Virus record (IMG/VR): IMGVR_UViG_3300029286_000018
Span: 30,350 to 94,349 of that record
Direction: 5' to 3' (one strand)
DNA: 64,000 nucleotides
Source of the DNA: a virus
Shown: positions 31,932 through 43,300 of the stretch, piece after piece
Position numbering within the stretch: the first letter of the stretch is position 1
Layout of the letters: each line of letters starts with the position of its first letter
Made by a program: the position numbers and the translations under genes
Notes under the pieces: model-generated
What the model saw: the letters and a program-made list of their open reading frames with translations, nothing else
Databases searched by the model: none
What the model was told of the DNA's origin: nothing

Positions 31932-32339
31932 GTGAATAACTTAGTTATCAATCAAGACGTAAAGGCTTATATAATAAGCGGTGGCTTTGTTTCCGCTGAG
32001 CTATTGGCTGAGCAGCCAGAATATCCTCTCCCAGAAAATGTTTTTATATTAAAATTAGAGTCTACTTGGAAATATCCAACTATATCAAGTAGAAAAACCT
32101 TGGTAAAAGAACTTGAGGTTTTTGATCCAATCAAGGTTGAGATAACAGTAGATAATATTACATATAAAAATGCTTTTATTAAGCATTATATCCAATCTTG
32201 GAACATACGTGGTCCAGACATAGATGAAGGCGGCGACGCAAGTAAGATAGAAGACTTGCCATGCGACCTAGTTGACATCATGTATCAGGGTATTATGGGA
32301 GTGTCAAAAAAGGCGGAGGAAGAGCTGGGAAAAGTCTAA
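31932..32339 (+). CDS. Tail assembly chaperone (gpG-like)
   Basis: IQSWNI..IEDLPCDLV; ends in G-GGA-AAA slippery site. Confidence 0.75.
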   Translation: MNNLVINQDVKAYIISGGFVSAELLAEQPEYPLPENVFILKLESTWKYPTISSRKTLVKELEVFDPIKVEITVDNITYKNAFIKHYIQSWNIRGPDIDEGGDASKIEDLPCDLVDIMYQGIMGVSKKAEEELGKV

Positions 32340-32566
32340 AGGCGCTTCGTGATATGATGACAGAATCCAAGTTTGATGAAGCGCCTGAAATGTTAAAAGA
32401 GTATATCCTAGCTCAAGACTTAGGATGGTCTTTAGAATATATTAGATCTTTATCCGAAAATGATAGAGATAAATTTTTTATGTTAGCCATTACAAAAATG
32501 TCATATAAAAATTTCGATATCATGAATATGATGGCTATCACAACTACAGGTAAATCACTTATTTAA
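32327..32566 (+). CDS. -1 frameshift extension of the tail chaperone (gpGT-like)
   Basis: GGGAAAA at 32327-32333; the -1 frame reads GKSLKALRD into MMTESK...LAQDLGWSLEYIRSL. Confidence 0.8.
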   Translation, partial: GKSLKALRDMMTESKFDEAPEMLKEYILAQDLGWSLEYIRSLSENDRDKFFMLAITKMSYKNFDIMNMMAITTTGKSLI

Positions 32567-32576
32567 AGGAGAAAAT

Positions 32577-32963
32577 ATGGGAATTTTTATAACAGACAAT
32601 GACACAGTAGACGTTTCTTTTTTTGTTGGGGCAGTTGACAATGAGATGCTTTGTTCAGAGACAGAGGCAGAGGCCAAGGACAAATTTAAAGAAAATGCTT
32701 TTGAAAAGCATTTCATCAGTTTTAAGAAAATGAATTATGGTACAATGAAAAAAGTACAAGCTGCATGCATGCAGGAATCAGACGGTAAGTTTGTATTTAA
32801 TCCATTAAGATTTAGAGCAGAAAGATTTATGCAGTCTATTAAAAAGTGGTCATTCAAGGACGCGGCTGGCAATACTGTTCCGATTAGTTCTCAAACAATC
32901 GACAGTTTGTCTGACGTAGTAGCAAACTTTTTAATTGACTTGTTTGAAAGGAAAACAGGTTAA
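32577..32963 (+). CDS. Second tail assembly chaperone-like protein
   Basis: AAGGAGA RBS; SIKKWSFKDAAGNTVPISSQTIDSLSDVVA; immediately before the tape measure gene. Confidence 0.65.
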   Translation: MGIFITDNDTVDVSFFVGAVDNEMLCSETEAEAKDKFKENAFEKHFISFKKMNYGTMKKVQAACMQESDGKFVFNPLRFRAERFMQSIKKWSFKDAAGNTVPISSQTIDSLSDVVANFLIDLFERKTG

Positions 32964-32967
32964 ATAA

Positions 32968-35772
32968 ATGGGTGCAGGTGAGCAAATCTCCGGGTTATTA
33001 GTATCACTTGACGCTTTATCCAAGGGCCTTGGAGGCGTTGGTATAAATGCGCAAGCCATCACGGGAAGACTCACTACTCTTTATCAAAGCTTTGTTGCTC
33101 TGTCTGTAGTTACAAATACTACAGGCAAAGAAATGGATGCTCTTGCTGCTAGAACTCTGCAAATTTCTAAGCAGATGGGTTATACCCAAGAGTCAGTCAT
33201 TTCAATGCAAAAAACCTTGATGGTTGGATTTCAAAAACCAATTGATGACGTTGATACATTTAATAATCTTCTGGCAAGATCAGAGCAATTATTTGGAAGA
33301 AATGAGGAGTCTGCCAGCCGATTTATAGATACACTTGCAAAACAAAGTAAGGAAATGTCTTCTCTTAGAGATCTTACTCTAGAGATATCTAACATTCAGG
33401 GTCGTGCAGCCAAAGAAGGCAGGGAATTAAATGCCAGAGAGCTTCAGGGCTTGGAGGCTCAAGTAGGCTTAAGCCAGCAGATTTTAGAGATGAAGTTCAT
33501 GACCGGCGAGATTGATATAGACAAATATAATACAAGCATGAGAATTATAGAACAGCAAAAAGATGATCAGAGTAATATACTAAACGGGGCCAAGGCCTAT
33601 ACCGAGATACAACAAAAGCAGCTTGCCTATACGGTTGCTGAAGGCAATGCTCTATTCGAACTTTCTGGATCTAGAATTGCTCAAAAAGGTTTAGAGTATG
33701 TCACCACTGGAGGTTCTCAGCTTGGTGCGAAAGCACTTTCCATTACCGATCAGCTTAGGGGTTATGAAAGTACTCGAAAGGCTCCAGACAATGCAGATAA
33801 GTCGATTAGTTCAGATCAGCAAGAAGTTTTGAAAAGTTTTGCTGCCGATGTGGTTAAAAATACTGGTGCGGCGAATTTTGCAGCTGTACAAGAAGAAATT
33901 ATTAAAAAATTCAAAGAGCAGAACATTCTGCAAGATTTGAGCGTAGAAGATCTTAAAAAACAAGTAAGTTTATTGGCTAAAAGTAAAGAGGTTAACGAAG
34001 TACTGGCAGCAAATCAGGTTAGACTGAATGGTAGTATTAATGACCAAACTGGTAAGATTGAAAAAACAGTTGCATTAGAAGAAAAACGTAACAACAGGCT
34101 TGCTATCTCGCAAGCGCTCATGAAAACTATGTTGGACAACGCAAATGCGCAGGTTGCTGCATTAAATGCAAGTATAGGCGCTCTTGGTACAATAGGTACA
34201 CTTGCAGGATTGGCTGGGCAGTCAATTGATGCAAGTAAGTACGGATTAGACCCGAAAAAGATGATATCAGATGCTGCCGCTGCTTCATCTGCTCTTAATG
34301 AAGTTGCACAAATGGCAGAGAAACAGACTGCAATGATCAAGTCTATGGCTGCTAATACAGCAACGACTCAACAGCAGCTTGCTGAAAACGCAAAAACGTT
34401 GGCAGAATCATATGCAGATGAGGCCATAAAAATAGACAAACAAATTTCTGCGACTAGAGATGAGGGTACTAGAAAAACGCTTGAAGAGAGCAAGAAAGCA
34501 TCTCAAGAAAATGCAGATGCATATAAGTTGCTAAGTGAACGAGCAGCAGGAGGTGATGAAGGAGCTGCAAAAGAAATTCAAGCAAAAATTAATTCTGCTG
34601 GCAAGGCTGGATCTGAAGGTGAGATGAAATCATCAAAATTGAGGCAGCAATCTATTGAAGTTAGCTTGAATGCACAATTGCAATTAAATCAAGCAGTGCT
34701 GGCGGGTGATGAACAGCACTTAAAGAACTTAAACTCAGAATATCAAAAGATACAAGCTCAAATTTCATTGATGGATAGTCTTGCTGTTGGCATAGGCGCT
34801 AATGCAGCAGCACGTCAACAGGCCGCTCAAAATTTAATAGAGCAAGTTCGCGTGGTTAAAGAAGAAGAAGAAAAAGTTTTAGCATTAAAAGCAGAGTATG
34901 AGGCACAGGAAGCCAGAGCTGTTAAGGGGTCTCGGGAGCAACAGATTGCAGCTGCTGGTAGGCAACAGGCTCAGAATCAGTATAATGATTTAAAGACTAA
35001 AGAGGTTAATCTTACCAAGCAGGCTCTTGATATGACTCAAAGGTTACGCGAAGGATACCTTGATGCTATTCAGGCAATGGAGTCTGGGGCAGGTGTGTTT
35101 ACTGAAATAGTTGTTAATCAAGATAAAAATTTGGGATCATTAATTCGAACAACTGCTGAAGTTCCTCGCGTACTGAGGACAGGTGCAGGATCTGGAGGCT
35201 TGACTCAACCAACTGGATTTGGTCCTGGTGGAATGACTGGAGGCGCAGATCCTCGTAGTGAAGAATACGGAAAGAGTGTTTTAACTAATTTTGAACAAGT
35301 TAATCAGCTTATGGCAGAATTGCCAAAGCTGATTGGAGAAGAAACTGGAAAGAACTTGGCAATAGCTGCAAGTGCTCGCCCAGAGTATGGCGGTGTTATT
35401 CTTGACGGTACTTCTCCTGGTTCTGCTGGAACCGTGACGGTAGGAGGCAGTACTTCTCCTGGTTCTGCTGACAAGGCTTCTCCTGGTTCTGCTGACAAGG
35501 CTTCTCCTGATTATGCTAGCAAGGTTCAAGCTCAAGCTCAAGCTGAGGCGGATGCATCAAAACTGAGGCAGCTATCTATTGAAGTTAGCTTAAGGCAGCA
35601 AACTGAAGTTGCTTTAAATACACAACAACAACAATTACAACAATCTGTTAAGGCTGGTTCAGTCACCGTTGAAACAGCTGCTATAGCTGAGACTATTACT
35701 AAGGGAATGGTTGCAGCAGTCGAAATTGGAGTAAGAAACGCGCTTTCTGTACTTGAGCAAAAGACAGCGTAA
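32968..35772 (+). CDS. Tail tape measure protein
   Basis: 934-aa Ala/Gln/Glu/Lys-rich helical protein following the chaperones. Confidence 0.8.
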   Translation: MGAGEQISGLLVSLDALSKGLGGVGINAQAITGRLTTLYQSFVALSVVTNTTGKEMDALAARTLQISKQMGYTQESVISMQKTLMVGFQKPIDDVDTFNNLLARSEQLFGRNEESASRFIDTLAKQSKEMSSLRDLTLEISNIQGRAAKEGRELNARELQGLEAQVGLSQQILEMKFMTGEIDIDKYNTSMRIIEQQKDDQSNILNGAKAYTEIQQKQLAYTVAEGNALFELSGSRIAQKGLEYVTTGGSQLGAKALSITDQLRGYESTRKAPDNADKSISSDQQEVLKSFAADVVKNTGAANFAAVQEEIIKKFKEQNILQDLSVEDLKKQVSLLAKSKEVNEVLAANQVRLNGSINDQTGKIEKTVALEEKRNNRLAISQALMKTMLDNANAQVAALNASIGALGTIGTLAGLAGQSIDASKYGLDPKKMISDAAAASSALNEVAQMAEKQTAMIKSMAANTATTQQQLAENAKTLAESYADEAIKIDKQISATRDEGTRKTLEESKKASQENADAYKLLSERAAGGDEGAAKEIQAKINSAGKAGSEGEMKSSKLRQQSIEVSLNAQLQLNQAVLAGDEQHLKNLNSEYQKIQAQISLMDSLAVGIGANAAARQQAAQNLIEQVRVVKEEEEKVLALKAEYEAQEARAVKGSREQQIAAAGRQQAQNQYNDLKTKEVNLTKQALDMTQRLREGYLDAIQAMESGAGVFTEIVVNQDKNLGSLIRTTAEVPRVLRTGAGSGGLTQPTGFGPGGMTGGADPRSEEYGKSVLTNFEQVNQLMAELPKLIGEETGKNLAIAASARPEYGGVILDGTSPGSAGTVTVGGSTSPGSADKASPGSADKASPDYASKVQAQAQAEADASKLRQLSIEVSLRQQTEVALNTQQQQLQQSVKAGSVTVETAAIAETITKGMVAAVEIGVRNALSVLEQKTA
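35408..35509 (+). repeat. 24-bp tandem repeat (SPGSADKA) in the tape measure gene
   Basis: CTTCTCCTGGTTCTGCTGACAAGG at 35453 and 35477, a partial copy at 35501, and an upstream partial copy at 35408-35428. Confidence 0.9.
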
Positions 35773-35778
35773 TATGAT

Positions 35779-38700
35779 ATGGGAGACTCATATTCAACTA
35801 GTCTTAGTGGCAGCTTAAAAGCGAGAGCTAGAGGCTATCCTGCTTACTACTTAGGCGATTTAATCCCAATAGGATTTATAAAGCCATATGAGTTTGTGTC
35901 AGCTTCTGGCATAGATGAGCCTCCGATTACTTCCTATAACCTTACCACTAATGGCAATTTTGGTGTTTTGCGTTTTAGTGCAACAGATGAAGATTTAGAG
36001 GGACAAATTCCAGATGCTTCGGGTAAGAAAGAACGTATTTATACAGCGTATATTAATTATGTATGGCTTACTGATAAAGCACCCTTGGTTGGTGGCAAAG
36101 AAGCTGGGATTGGTTATTTTGAGATAGCAAATAGCTCTGGCGTACTAGTAAGAAAAATACATGTTGTCAATGAGAGGAGGTTTTTTCCTGGTCCTCCTAA
36201 TGATAGTGCTGGAAATTACAGTACTGAATCTGAAGTTTGGATATTGCCAGGGAACAATCATAGGTTCTCTTTTACTATTCCATATTTAGGTGACCCAGAA
36301 GACCTGCCATCAACATATATTCCACCGTCTTTTAGCGAAATTAGATGGTCTTCTGGAGTGGTTAAGCTACTACCGACATTAGCTCTAAGTTTATGGTTAG
36401 CGATTGGTGGAGGTGTAGAACTTATAGCAAGTTTTGATCCAGCCGATGCATTTCAACAATTTGCTGAAAACTTTGGATTTCTTGGAGCTGGAGTAATAGG
36501 TGCTTTTGGTTCGGCTACTGCAGAACAGACAAGACGTAATTCTCCAGTTATATATAAGCCATTTAACTTAAAGTTTGGATACTCTGTCGTTGGTTCTTCT
36601 GATTTGCGATATGATGACAAAATAGAAATAACTTTCAATGATTTATATGAAAGAGTTTATGATGATAAAAACAATTATGAGATTAAGCCAAAGTACATTA
36701 AAGGTGGAAATTATATCATTTTAAATAAGCAGATTGGTTCTAGCTCAGATTTTATATCAAAAGTGTTTTCTGTATCTTTACTGCCATTTAATTTTTCAGA
36801 TGGAGAGAAAAGATATATTGGCAAAGGTATAACTGATAGTGTAGATTTTAGAGATGGAATCCTAGCATCTAGATTCTTGCTGTCATCTCCTATTCCTTTT
36901 TCTGTAGTAAAAGAAAAAGCTATACCTGCTGCTTTTATGAGGCAAGTATCTAAGTTCAGATATCCTAATACAAGTATACCGGAAGAACACATTCCCAATG
37001 GAGATTGTAATATTCAGATATGGCTACCAACTGAGAATCTAGATATAAGTCAAAATAGATTTACTTCAACTTTTGTATATGTCACCTATAATCGTGTAAG
37101 GCGTCCAAATTTTCGCCAAGTTAATTCATATCGCATAATTGCAGCTGCTCAGTCCGCTTCAATAGCGGATGCGAAGGCTCAAGTTTTTTATCAAGGAAGT
37201 GCTTTTGCTTATGATGCTTTTTATATTGATAAAAGTTTAAGATATAGTTTTAATGCTTCTTCTTTTGAGCCTGATAGTTCTCCAATTGATTTTAATATCG
37301 TTAGTAATTTAACAGGTTTTCCTGCAATTTTTGATACAGGATATGTTCCAGAAACTTTTAAAGTTTCAACAGAAATTATTGGGAAAAAGCTTTATGAGAC
37401 ACAGGACGTGCCAAAAGTTTCTACCTATAGACTTTCTTCTAGAAGAGCAGCTAATGGAAGCGAAACATTTTCGTTTACAGAAGGAGTATTCGTTGCTGCT
37501 GCAAAGTTTAGGTATATTAATCCAGATGGCCTTACTTACTCTGACTATCCAGGAGGTATTGGGTTTATAGATGGTCTTGGTAACTTAACGATGTTGATTG
37601 ATGGTGGTAAAATACTAGATCAGGAATGGTGGAAAAACTATTTTGGCTCCGTTGGACAGACTTTGTCTGTACAGGGGTACACTGATGATTATGGTACAAA
37701 AATTGTAAAATATGATAGATGTATCGCAACAAATAGTTTATTTACTGATGATGAAAAAATAGGGTATGATGAAAAACTTGCGAGTGCACTTTCTGCTATA
37801 GTGCCCATGAGCTCAGGTGGACCTGGTATAGGTATATGTTTATTGGACTTTATAGATACTAAAAATTTTAACATCAAAAGCAGTGTAGGTGGCTTTACAA
37901 AAAATAGTTCATCATATGATCCTAATCTTAATTACTATTTAGATTTATCAGAAGCATACTTTAAAAACGACGTCAATCCAATATGGAGATTTAATATTGT
38001 ACAGTTGTTAAATCCTCCAATAACTGTTGCCGGAAATATCGCTAATCGTGGAACAATTACAGCAGAGTCTTTTTGCTTTGATGTTTTACCAGTTAGTTTG
38101 ACTTCAAAGGGAAGAGTTTTTTATGAAGGCATGGGCGGACTTGGAGCTGCATATGGAGTGGCCGCATTGGAGCAGCTTTACGTTAGAAGTAATTCTTATG
38201 ATGTAAAATTAGGTTTTGCTTCTGATTATCAAAATTTGATGGGCTTATATGCTCATCAGGTTGATGGAGAGTTGCGTGCTTACAGCATGAGAACATCTGA
38301 CTTTTTAATTTTTAACATATCAAGCAATACTGGGTATGATTATAGAAATGCAGTTATAAGTTCGAATAAAAAAACAAAGTCAAATCAAGCCAGTGATGTT
38401 AAATGGTTTGGATTTCCAGTAGACAAGACTCCATTCCCTCAGTATGGTCTTAACGTTGTAGAGACAGAGGGTGATTTTGTTCCAGCCGGTAAGACAGACG
38501 TGAAGGTTCAGTATAAGGATCTATATATAGATGGAAAAAACATAAAAAAAGATAGCACTGGAAATTTATCAATAGATTTAGAAAGTTCATACAGAATTGC
38601 AAATATACAAATATATATAGATAAAAAAATTGCTAGAAATTTAGCAAATTTTAATTCAAAAGCAGATTTATCTTACTATAGGTATTCGATTACTTTTGAT

Positions 38701-40398
38701 TATCCACAAGGCTCTACCTTATCTGAAGGTGAATCAATTGCATTTGCGTCATTTAATCATCATTCTGGTGACTATGCTTATGGAATAATGTCTTCAGTTG
38801 TAGTGCCAAACTACAGCGCAAAAAAAATATATCTTAAAGGTGATGATTTATCTTTAATAAAAGACTTAGTAGATTCTGGAGATAAGCCTCGTATAGTTAT
38901 TGCCGTTTATTTAGAAAGTAACTATGAAAACATCTCATTCAATACAAGTGATTGTTTTCCGGCAATTGATGGATTCACTCAAGGATATATATCTGTAATA
39001 AATAGAAAAGATACATATCCGTCTTTGGATATATATACTACCGGAGACCATGATCAAAGATGGCGCTTATATAGAAGTATATTCCAGCTTTTTAATGGAG
39101 AAACTATATATCAATGTGTTCTTAAGGCCGATCAAAAAGGCAAAAAGCTCCACTTAATGTTCTCTTTAAACGGGAATCTTTTATTTAAATCTATTGAAGG
39201 CTGGACTGTCTCGTCTCTTTATTACGCAGGGCAAAAGTCAGAATCTGAAAATGCTTTTTTGCTGGGAAACAATAACACGACTAATTATTATGCATTAAGT
39301 TCTACTGTCTATGATAGATTGCAAAATATAGGGTCTAAATCTCCTGCAGAGCTTGATCATTCAGCTCGCTTGGCTTCTGCTTATGTTGTACAGGCTAATT
39401 ATATTGATAATGAATTTCTGCAACAAGAGTACGTGAATACTTTGGTTACTAATGCAGTTAAGAGTGCGCTTCAGCAGGCAAACGCAGCAGGTAAAGATGC
39501 TCCCAAGACGGTTGTTGTTGAGGCAGAAGTTGATTCCAAGAAAAAGAACTTATCTGTTTCTATCCCAGATCAAATTACATCTAACTCAAGATTAATATCT
39601 CCTAGAATTTATATTGATCGTATACCTACATCCACAGACTCTGATATAAATTGGCCAGTTAATCAGCCATACACATTTGAAGTTTTAAACTCTGGTTCAT
39701 TTATATGCTTTGTTCTAAGAGAAGGGTTAGTTCATGTCATGGAAAGTGGCGATGGCAAAAATTGGGGTCCTGGTTTTGGGCTTGATAGCCTTTATGGATT
39801 TAGACCTATTAAATGGAGTAATGATGATCAAGATAGTGTAATAAGCACTGCAAGGAAAACTTTTTCTGTTGGTAGCTGCCCTCCAATAGATAATATATCT
39901 AGTTGCTACGATTGCCATAGTGGAAGACTCACGTTGTTTTATGTTATGGATAACGCAATATTTGGTCAAAATTTTTATATGGATCAAATAAAAGGTAATA
40001 TGTTCTATAATTTACAGACCATTAATTCTGACAATAAAGATGTACGATCAAAGCCATATTATATTATTGGTCAATTGCCTCCAGAAATGATTGAAAGCGC
40101 ACATAAAGGTAATAACTATGTAAATTTTGGAATAATATCTGAAGGCAATGTAAAAGAAAAATCAAGTTTACAATCTTTTAGATCTGTATTGGCGCAAACT
40201 ACATATCTAGAAAATACTAGTAATCTAAAAACTAATGGGAAAGCGCCTGGTGCTTGTTTTATAGGAGCTGGACTAATAAGGATGTATTACGAGGATGAAA
40301 ATGATCAAATTAGAGGTGTTACCATAAAAAGTAATGAAATCGTTATCGATTTATTAATGAGGAGCGCGTCTGTAGACGCAGGTATTACAAATGGCTGA
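35779..40398 (+). CDS. Large tail-tip structural protein
   Basis: 1539-aa beta-rich ORF after the tape measure gene; propeller-like segments near the C-terminus. Confidence 0.6.
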   Translation: MGDSYSTSLSGSLKARARGYPAYYLGDLIPIGFIKPYEFVSASGIDEPPITSYNLTTNGNFGVLRFSATDEDLEGQIPDASGKKERIYTAYINYVWLTDKAPLVGGKEAGIGYFEIANSSGVLVRKIHVVNERRFFPGPPNDSAGNYSTESEVWILPGNNHRFSFTIPYLGDPEDLPSTYIPPSFSEIRWSSGVVKLLPTLALSLWLAIGGGVELIASFDPADAFQQFAENFGFLGAGVIGAFGSATAEQTRRNSPVIYKPFNLKFGYSVVGSSDLRYDDKIEITFNDLYERVYDDKNNYEIKPKYIKGGNYIILNKQIGSSSDFISKVFSVSLLPFNFSDGEKRYIGKGITDSVDFRDGILASRFLLSSPIPFSVVKEKAIPAAFMRQVSKFRYPNTSIPEEHIPNGDCNIQIWLPTENLDISQNRFTSTFVYVTYNRVRRPNFRQVNSYRIIAAAQSASIADAKAQVFYQGSAFAYDAFYIDKSLRYSFNASSFEPDSSPIDFNIVSNLTGFPAIFDTGYVPETFKVSTEIIGKKLYETQDVPKVSTYRLSSRRAANGSETFSFTEGVFVAAAKFRYINPDGLTYSDYPGGIGFIDGLGNLTMLIDGGKILDQEWWKNYFGSVGQTLSVQGYTDDYGTKIVKYDRCIATNSLFTDDEKIGYDEKLASALSAIVPMSSGGPGIGICLLDFIDTKNFNIKSSVGGFTKNSSSYDPNLNYYLDLSEAYFKNDVNPIWRFNIVQLLNPPITVAGNIANRGTITAESFCFDVLPVSLTSKGRVFYEGMGGLGAAYGVAALEQLYVRSNSYDVKLGFASDYQNLMGLYAHQVDGELRAYSMRTSDFLIFNISSNTGYDYRNAVISSNKKTKSNQASDVKWFGFPVDKTPFPQYGLNVVETEGDFVPAGKTDVKVQYKDLYIDGKNIKKDSTGNLSIDLESSYRIANIQIYIDKKIARNLANFNSKADLSYYRYSITFDYPQGSTLSEGESIAFASFNHHSGDYAYGIMSSVVVPNYSAKKIYLKGDDLSLIKDLVDSGDKPRIVIAVYLESNYENISFNTSDCFPAIDGFTQGYISVINRKDTYPSLDIYTTGDHDQRWRLYRSIFQLFNGETIYQCVLKADQKGKKLHLMFSLNGNLLFKSIEGWTVSSLYYAGQKSESENAFLLGNNNTTNYYALSSTVYDRLQNIGSKSPAELDHSARLASAYVVQANYIDNEFLQQEYVNTLVTNAVKSALQQANAAGKDAPKTVVVEAEVDSKKKNLSVSIPDQITSNSRLISPRIYIDRIPTSTDSDINWPVNQPYTFEVLNSGSFICFVLREGLVHVMESGDGKNWGPGFGLDSLYGFRPIKWSNDDQDSVISTARKTFSVGSCPPIDNISSCYDCHSGRLTLFYVMDNAIFGQNFYMDQIKGNMFYNLQTINSDNKDVRSKPYYIIGQLPPEMIESAHKGNNYVNFGIISEGNVKEKSSLQSFRSVLAQTTYLENTSNLKTNGKAPGACFIGAGLIRMYYEDENDQIRGVTIKSNEIVIDLLMRSASVDAGITNG

Positions 40399-43300
40399 TG
40401 GAACTGATTATGGCTGGGATCAATCTGGCAGTGCTTTGCCTCACAATTCTGGAGTTGTGAGAATACAGGTCACCATATTTCCAACAACTGTACCTTTAAG
40501 AAAAAGAGTACGTCAACACTATTCTTATCAATTTAATGCTTTTACAGTTGGTCAAATACCAAGTAATCAGCTGGAAAATTTAGAAACTATTGCAGACGAA
40601 AAGAGCGGAGCAATTGGCATAACATTTAAAAAGCTTGATAACATAGAGCACACTATTTGTGGAATTCCATTTATTGATGCCATAATTGGCGTAAGCGAAG
40701 AGTCAGGTTCTCAAAATTATACGAACAATAAGCCTTCTAAGCCTCCTACCTATTATGATAAAGTCGGAGGTAAATACTATGTTGATGATATTGGTGATTC
40801 TTTGTATGGTAAAAATGAGTTGACAAAAAAAGAACATCAGACATTTGTTGCGGCAGGCTCTTTGTTTTCTACAGGCTTTATGACGGCCAATGACATAGTG
40901 TCTTATGTTGCTAATGAAACAGATCCCCTTATATATTCACAGAAACTTAAATTTTATCTTTCAATAAGGCCCGAACAGTCAACAGTCAGACTGGCTGAAA
41001 CTTTTACTGTTTCTGTTAGAAATTTTCAACAATATATAAAGCCAGCAAAAGCTGCAATTGCTGATTCGTCCTATATTGGACCAAATCCAAATGGTGCGTC
41101 TTTTTTTGAAGGCACAAATTCTGATCCAAATAACGATGGTGGTTGGTTAAAACAATTTCTTTTTGGGACTGAGAGTCAGGGGAATGCGCCAGACTTTAAT
41201 ATACAACAATTTGTTGGTTATGTTGGCGTAAATAACGTTTATATAGGAAATTTCCATACTCAGATGAGAAATGCTGGAATTTCACCAAGGCCGATTGTGC
41301 GTGGTGGTATAGATTTTAATGGCAAATTTTTCGATGCAAAAGTTAAAACTTATTCGAATCTTCCTCCAGGTGTGCATATAAGTTTTGTAAAAGCACTCCC
41401 TATATTTCCAGGAGAAGATTTTACAATTAAATTTAGAAAACTTTCTACAGATCACCCAATCGCTGCTATTGAAGATGAGGAAAGCGGTACTGTAAGATGG
41501 CAAATGAGAGATTCTTATAGATTTATAGACACTGGGTCTTTTCATACTGATTCTTCAGGTAACGGTACTGGAGCTTCTAACGATAATGGAATCATTACTG
41601 CAAATTTTGGATTGTGTCCGCCTGCATATGAGGGAAAAGATGGTAAGTTTAATCCAGAAAGAAGAATTCCAAAAGTTGCTGGCAGCTACTATCTAGCTCG
41701 TCAGCCTTATGTGATTGTTGAAATCGATGGTGGTATTGAAAATAGATATTTTTTAATTATACCACAAGATGGAAATGTGGTATTGGTAGAAGTGACTTCT
41801 GATTTTGAGATAGTTGATTATGTAGATGCTGATGGAAAATTTACAAAGTATCTCGATGGTAGTAGAATGCCGCATTCAAGATTGGTGCATAACTTTAATA
41901 TTAGTGGTGGCTCTCTGCTCGCGATGGACGCTTTTTCTATTCATTTTCAACATTTTAGAGGCATGTTGCAGATTGTATTTGATCCGATGCAAAAGTCTCA
42001 GGTTGTTTCAAGAAAAAGATATGGAGTCAATATCCCTGATCAGCTTGTTCCATCACGCGGCTTATTTGTTGATGATCCAAGTATAAAAGACAAGTTAAAT
42101 CCAGAAGTTATTCCAATAAAACTCGCCGGGTCTGTTGTAGTTCATATGGGGCATGCAAAAATGGCATTTAATTTTTCCCCTATTACATATCCTGCTAGCT
42201 CAACTATTAATCTTTCATACCCTGTTGGTATTACTAATCTTGAGGGCAAGGAATCAGCTATTAATATTTTACTTAGAGATTCTGGCGGTTTTAGTGAAGA
42301 TGAAAAGGGCAAAAAGAAAATTACTAAGACAAATAATTCACTTATAAAAGATGAATTTGGAAAAGCGGTTCCTGGTCAATCTGCTCCGCACTATTCTCAT
42401 CAGGCTAATATTATGTATGAGACACTGGGCGGCTCTCTTGCTCCAGTTTCATATGCCGATTTTTCACTTAATCAAAAACTTTGCATTACTGGCCCTTCTG
42501 GATCTGACGATCCTGCATGGGGGCAGCAGTATGGTAGTCTAGATAAACCCAGCTCTATTTATGCTTCATATAGACTTACAGATGCTAAGGAATATGTGAA
42601 TAGAATATATCCATATATAACTATAGAGTCTGGAGATATGACTTTCTCTGGAGACAGTGGCTCTTATTCATTAAAGGGGGCGATTAGACCAATTTGCTCT
42701 GGTTTTAGTGTATTTGTTCCTGAAGGAAAAAAAGCTGGGTGGACAGGAATCGGCGCAGATGTCACAAATAACGTAATGGAATTTTCTGATACATGGGACA
42801 GATCTGATAGATCGTTTCTTTCTCACACTGGTAACTTAAGATTTTATTTAAATAAGTCAGATGCATTACCAATACTTGAAAATATTACAGCAGTACAAAC
42901 AGAAAAAGGCAAGGTTACTGGGGGCGTTAGAAAAGCTGAAAGAATTAATAGCGGTTTTCTTGCTAGTTTTGGTGACAACACTGGAGATCAAACTTCACTA
43001 TTGGCCAGTTTGCAAGATAAGTATTTTTATGTAGAAGTAAGAGCTTGGAGAGATCCATATAAGACAAGAAGCCATCAGATGGGGGCGTCTGGGGATCGTG
43101 GTAATACTGGTCCATCTAACGTAGCAAACGCTTTTTATGCAACTTATAAAAACAATATTCCTGATAGTGAAAACACTTTAATGTTTACTGGTTTATGCAG
43201 AAAGTCTTCATACAGCATATCTGAAAGTCATGTAGAGATGTCTTGTAATCTTGAAGACTATTGGAGCATACTTGACAATATGACTTGGTTAAATCCTCCG

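Noticed and set aside
35408-35591. Repeats as a CRISPR array or DGR template/variable pair
   Set aside because: Repeats are in-frame and coding, with no unique spacers; the 37-nt pair has only two mismatches, not adenine-specific; no Cas or reverse transcriptase gene in the window.
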